Assembly: GCA_964035545.1 (NCBI GenBank) | Contig: OZ037770.1 | Span: 3,380,662-3,444,661, forward strand | Origin: Bugula neritina | Taxonomy: Eukaryota > Animalia > Bryozoa | Length of the DNA stretch: 64,000 bases | Reading direction: 5' to 3' | Shown: positions 62,001 through 64,000 of the stretch, in pieces | Numbering within the stretch: position 1 is the first letter of the stretch | Layout of the letters: each line of letters opens with the position of its first letter | Translations under genes and position numbers: made by a program | Notes under the pieces: generated by a model | The model's database searches: none | Seen by the model: only the letters and a program-made list of their open reading frames with translations | What the model was told of the DNA's origin: nothing

Positions 62001-63813
62001 ATATACGACAAGTCTAGAAAATGCTTATATAATTGCATATGTGTGCGAGTGTGTGCGGGCGGGTGTGTATGTGTGTGTGCTGTGTGTGTGTCTGTGCGTT
62101 TCATGCAATCAAAACTGTATGTTTTTAATTATGTTTATAGAAGAAACATACAATAAATCATCAAAAGGGTTTTTTCAACTGATGAAAGTACCAGGCCTAG
62201 TGTTGCTGTTCTTTCACTGTTTTACAAACACGTTGTGTATGACGTCTCGTTTGGTCAGTCTCCCGTCGTTTCTCATGACCACGGTATGTTATATGCGTAG
62301 AATTCATCAAAATATGAGCTGTATGAACTGAAACCTGTAAAACTGACAAATTAACAGTGCAAGCTGTGATAACCGTAAAATATATATAGTTTACAGTATT
62401 TACTATAACGAAGGTTTATAATCGCTATCCCTGTGAGAAACCCCTAACGGGAAGGGTTTTTGTTAAGGCGCGCTAAAGACTTATTCAGAAGTGGCACATG
62501 GGAGCAATTATGACTGGCTGCTCTTCTTGCCATCACCAATCACGGGCTTTCCATGTATCGATCTCAGATCGATCTTCACTTAAGAGGAGGCAACTCCGCG
62601 AGATCGATTTGACACTCTCATGGAAAAACGATCGATTTGAGCATATTTCTCAGATCGATCTCAGATCGATCTTGCTGAGATCGATCTGAGAAATATGCTC
62701 AAATCGATCGTTTTTCCATGAGAGTGTCAAATCGATCTCGCGGAGTTGCCTCCTTTTAAGTGAAGAATAGGCTACTTTAAAATTATAATTTTTTAACCCA
62801 CCTGAGTGATTAAAGCTAATGCTTTTGAAAAACAAAATTTTCAAAGTCTAAAATTCAACGCCAGCTATAAACTCTAAGCAATAAAGCTTTTAGTGAGAAG
62901 TAATTTAGCCAATTTAAGATAATTAATTTTAATATTTTAGCTTGACAGCTTATATAAAATTAATGGCTGTTGTGCAGATTATTCATAAACTTACAGAACA
63001 ATTAGGCTTAAAATTAAGCAGCAAATAACTACTGAAAGTAAGTTTTACTTATATTAGCCATTTAAATTCAATTTTAATGTTCCTATTTTTTGTACCTTCT
63101 ACCTCTATAATTTTATATAATTGAGTTTTTTTCTTCATAGTACTGAAAGTCAAAGCTTTAGCATCTGAAATGTGGCTATCGTAATTATTAAGTAATTTTC
63201 TTTGTAATTGACAATAAGTTATCATTTTATTAGCGGACGACATTTTAGCGAACAGTCTTTTTCTACTTCTATGATTGATCTTTTGTCTTTCCATGGTCTT
63301 ATTGCTTTGAGATCGATTTGAGTTTGAGCTCTACAGACCGACCAGCTCAGATCGATGGAAATCGATCTTTGGCGTCTTTCCATGTGTCGATCTCGCTGAG
63401 ATCGATCTGAGATCAATCCATGGAAAGCCGGTGTATGGCCTTTCTCCGGTCACGAACCCATGACCCCATGTTTACTAACCTCCCTTACAGTATTTACTAT
63501 AATAATATGTCAAAATTTAAGGTATTTGATATTCACTAATTTCTTTCAGTCTCATGACTCACTCGTGTCTATTTGCAGTTATATTTTGTCTGTAAAAACC
63601 TGACAAGTCTGGTTGATTGATTTGAAAGCTTCAAACAACCTGTCATATAGCCATGTCATGCTAAGCAACCACCTGCAGCCATGGACTATGGCTTCAAACA
63701 TAATATTTTATTCCCAGTTTGGAGCGAGCTCCAGTGACATAGGAAACTTCCTAGGAGTGGCTAGTCTGATTTACTTGCTCTTATCTCCCCTGTGTGGATT
63801 TTTAATGAATAAA
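56890..63813 (+). CDS. SLC18B1-like: SLC18B1-like MFS transporter copy 3, 3'-incomplete in the window; exons 56890-57207, 58472-58545, 59579-59723, 60918-60986, 61882-61969, 62141-62283, 63718-63813
   Basis: Seven phase-consistent exons homologous to exons 1-7 of copies 1 and 2; open frame. Confidence 0.88.
57272..58034. mobile_element. PIF/Harbinger-like MITE with TTA TSD in intron 1 of MFS copy 3
   Basis: CCCCCTATTCACACTTAC...GTAAGTGTGAATGAGGGG; TTA on both sides; same family as 21372-22041. Confidence 0.88.
60008..60165 (-). mobile_element. tRNA-derived SINE copy (5'-truncated or diverged)
   Basis: Matches the family core, including GGGCTCGAACCC. Confidence 0.75.
60499..60888. mobile_element. 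Foldback MITE (~390 bp, long imperfect inverted arms)
   Basis: TTAGTACACCCTGGAAATCTCTAGTTTTT vs AAAAACTAAAGATTTCTAGTGTGTACTAA; pairing continues for more than 100 bp. Confidence 0.75.
61208..61400. repeat. 14-bp minisatellite (CCATGACCTATAGC)n
   Basis: Directly visible; begins right after a SINE-like GGGTTTGAACCCATGACC. Confidence 0.85.
62409..63484 (-). mobile_element. tRNA-derived SINE with 18-bp TSD, split by a DNA transposon insertion
   Basis: TTACAGTATTTACTATAA at 62391-62408 and 63485-63502; SINE halves rejoin as CATCACCAAT|(TAT)GGCC. Confidence 0.88.
62541..63433. mobile_element. Non-autonomous DNA transposon with CAC...GTG termini (CACTA/EnSpm-like), GATCGATC subterminal repeats and an internal 92-bp-arm palindrome
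   Basis: TIR CACGGGCTTTCCATG..TCGATCTCAGATCGATCT / AGATCGATCTGAGATCAA..CATGGAAAGCCGGTG; imperfect 3-bp duplication AAT/TAT. Confidence 0.85.
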
Positions 63814-64000
63814 GTGAGTATTTAAAATTTTTCAGCAAATGTTTTTGTTATGAAGTTCAGTGAGATCCTTAATCTGATTATTAGATTTTCACTGATGGGA
63901 ACACTGATGCCAAATGAGTCATTATTTTGCTAAGAACTGAAAAAAAATTAACTTGTTATATTGAAATTTGATGAGATCCTTCATTTGATTATTAGACTTT

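Noticed and set aside
62498-62844. Identical peptides encoded on both strands (SSLKRRQLREIDLTLSW...)
   Set aside because: A consequence of the DNA palindrome, not evidence of coding.

Overview
AT-rich, intron-containing genomic DNA from an invertebrate animal (lineage not determinable here). Most entries in the ORF track are microsatellite artefacts, so the real genes were rebuilt by hand from GT-AG sites with consistent phases. They are: (1) the last four coding exons of a myophilin/Mp20/transgelin-type calponin-homology gene (+, 2196-8065); (2) three two-exon paralogues of an unrecognised 130-133 aa protein with an MGxxxS myristoylation motif and a hypervariable amphipathic beta-hairpin (15219-15886 -, 18496-19610 +, 32020-32784 -), two of them on the arms of a ~15 kb inverted duplication; (3) a candidate small secreted Cys-rich peptide gene in the spacer of that duplication (25775-26806 -); (4) three tandem SLC18B1-like MFS transporter genes (34163-43167; 49266-55376, with one in-frame TGA in a UGA-CUA context; 56890 to beyond the window end); (5) an intronless class A GPCR (45636-46568 -). 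Mobile DNA includes Gypsy LTR relics, a tRNA-derived SINE family and several MITE families, some nested. The most striking signal is a dispersed repeat family that always abuts (TA)n tracts and encodes a type I hammerhead ribozyme, including a head-to-tail 271-bp array (35604-36084) with the architecture of a metazoan non-LTR retrozyme (circular RNA precursor). A second family carries a Penelope-type minimal hammerhead. All family assignments come from motif recognition; no database search was run.
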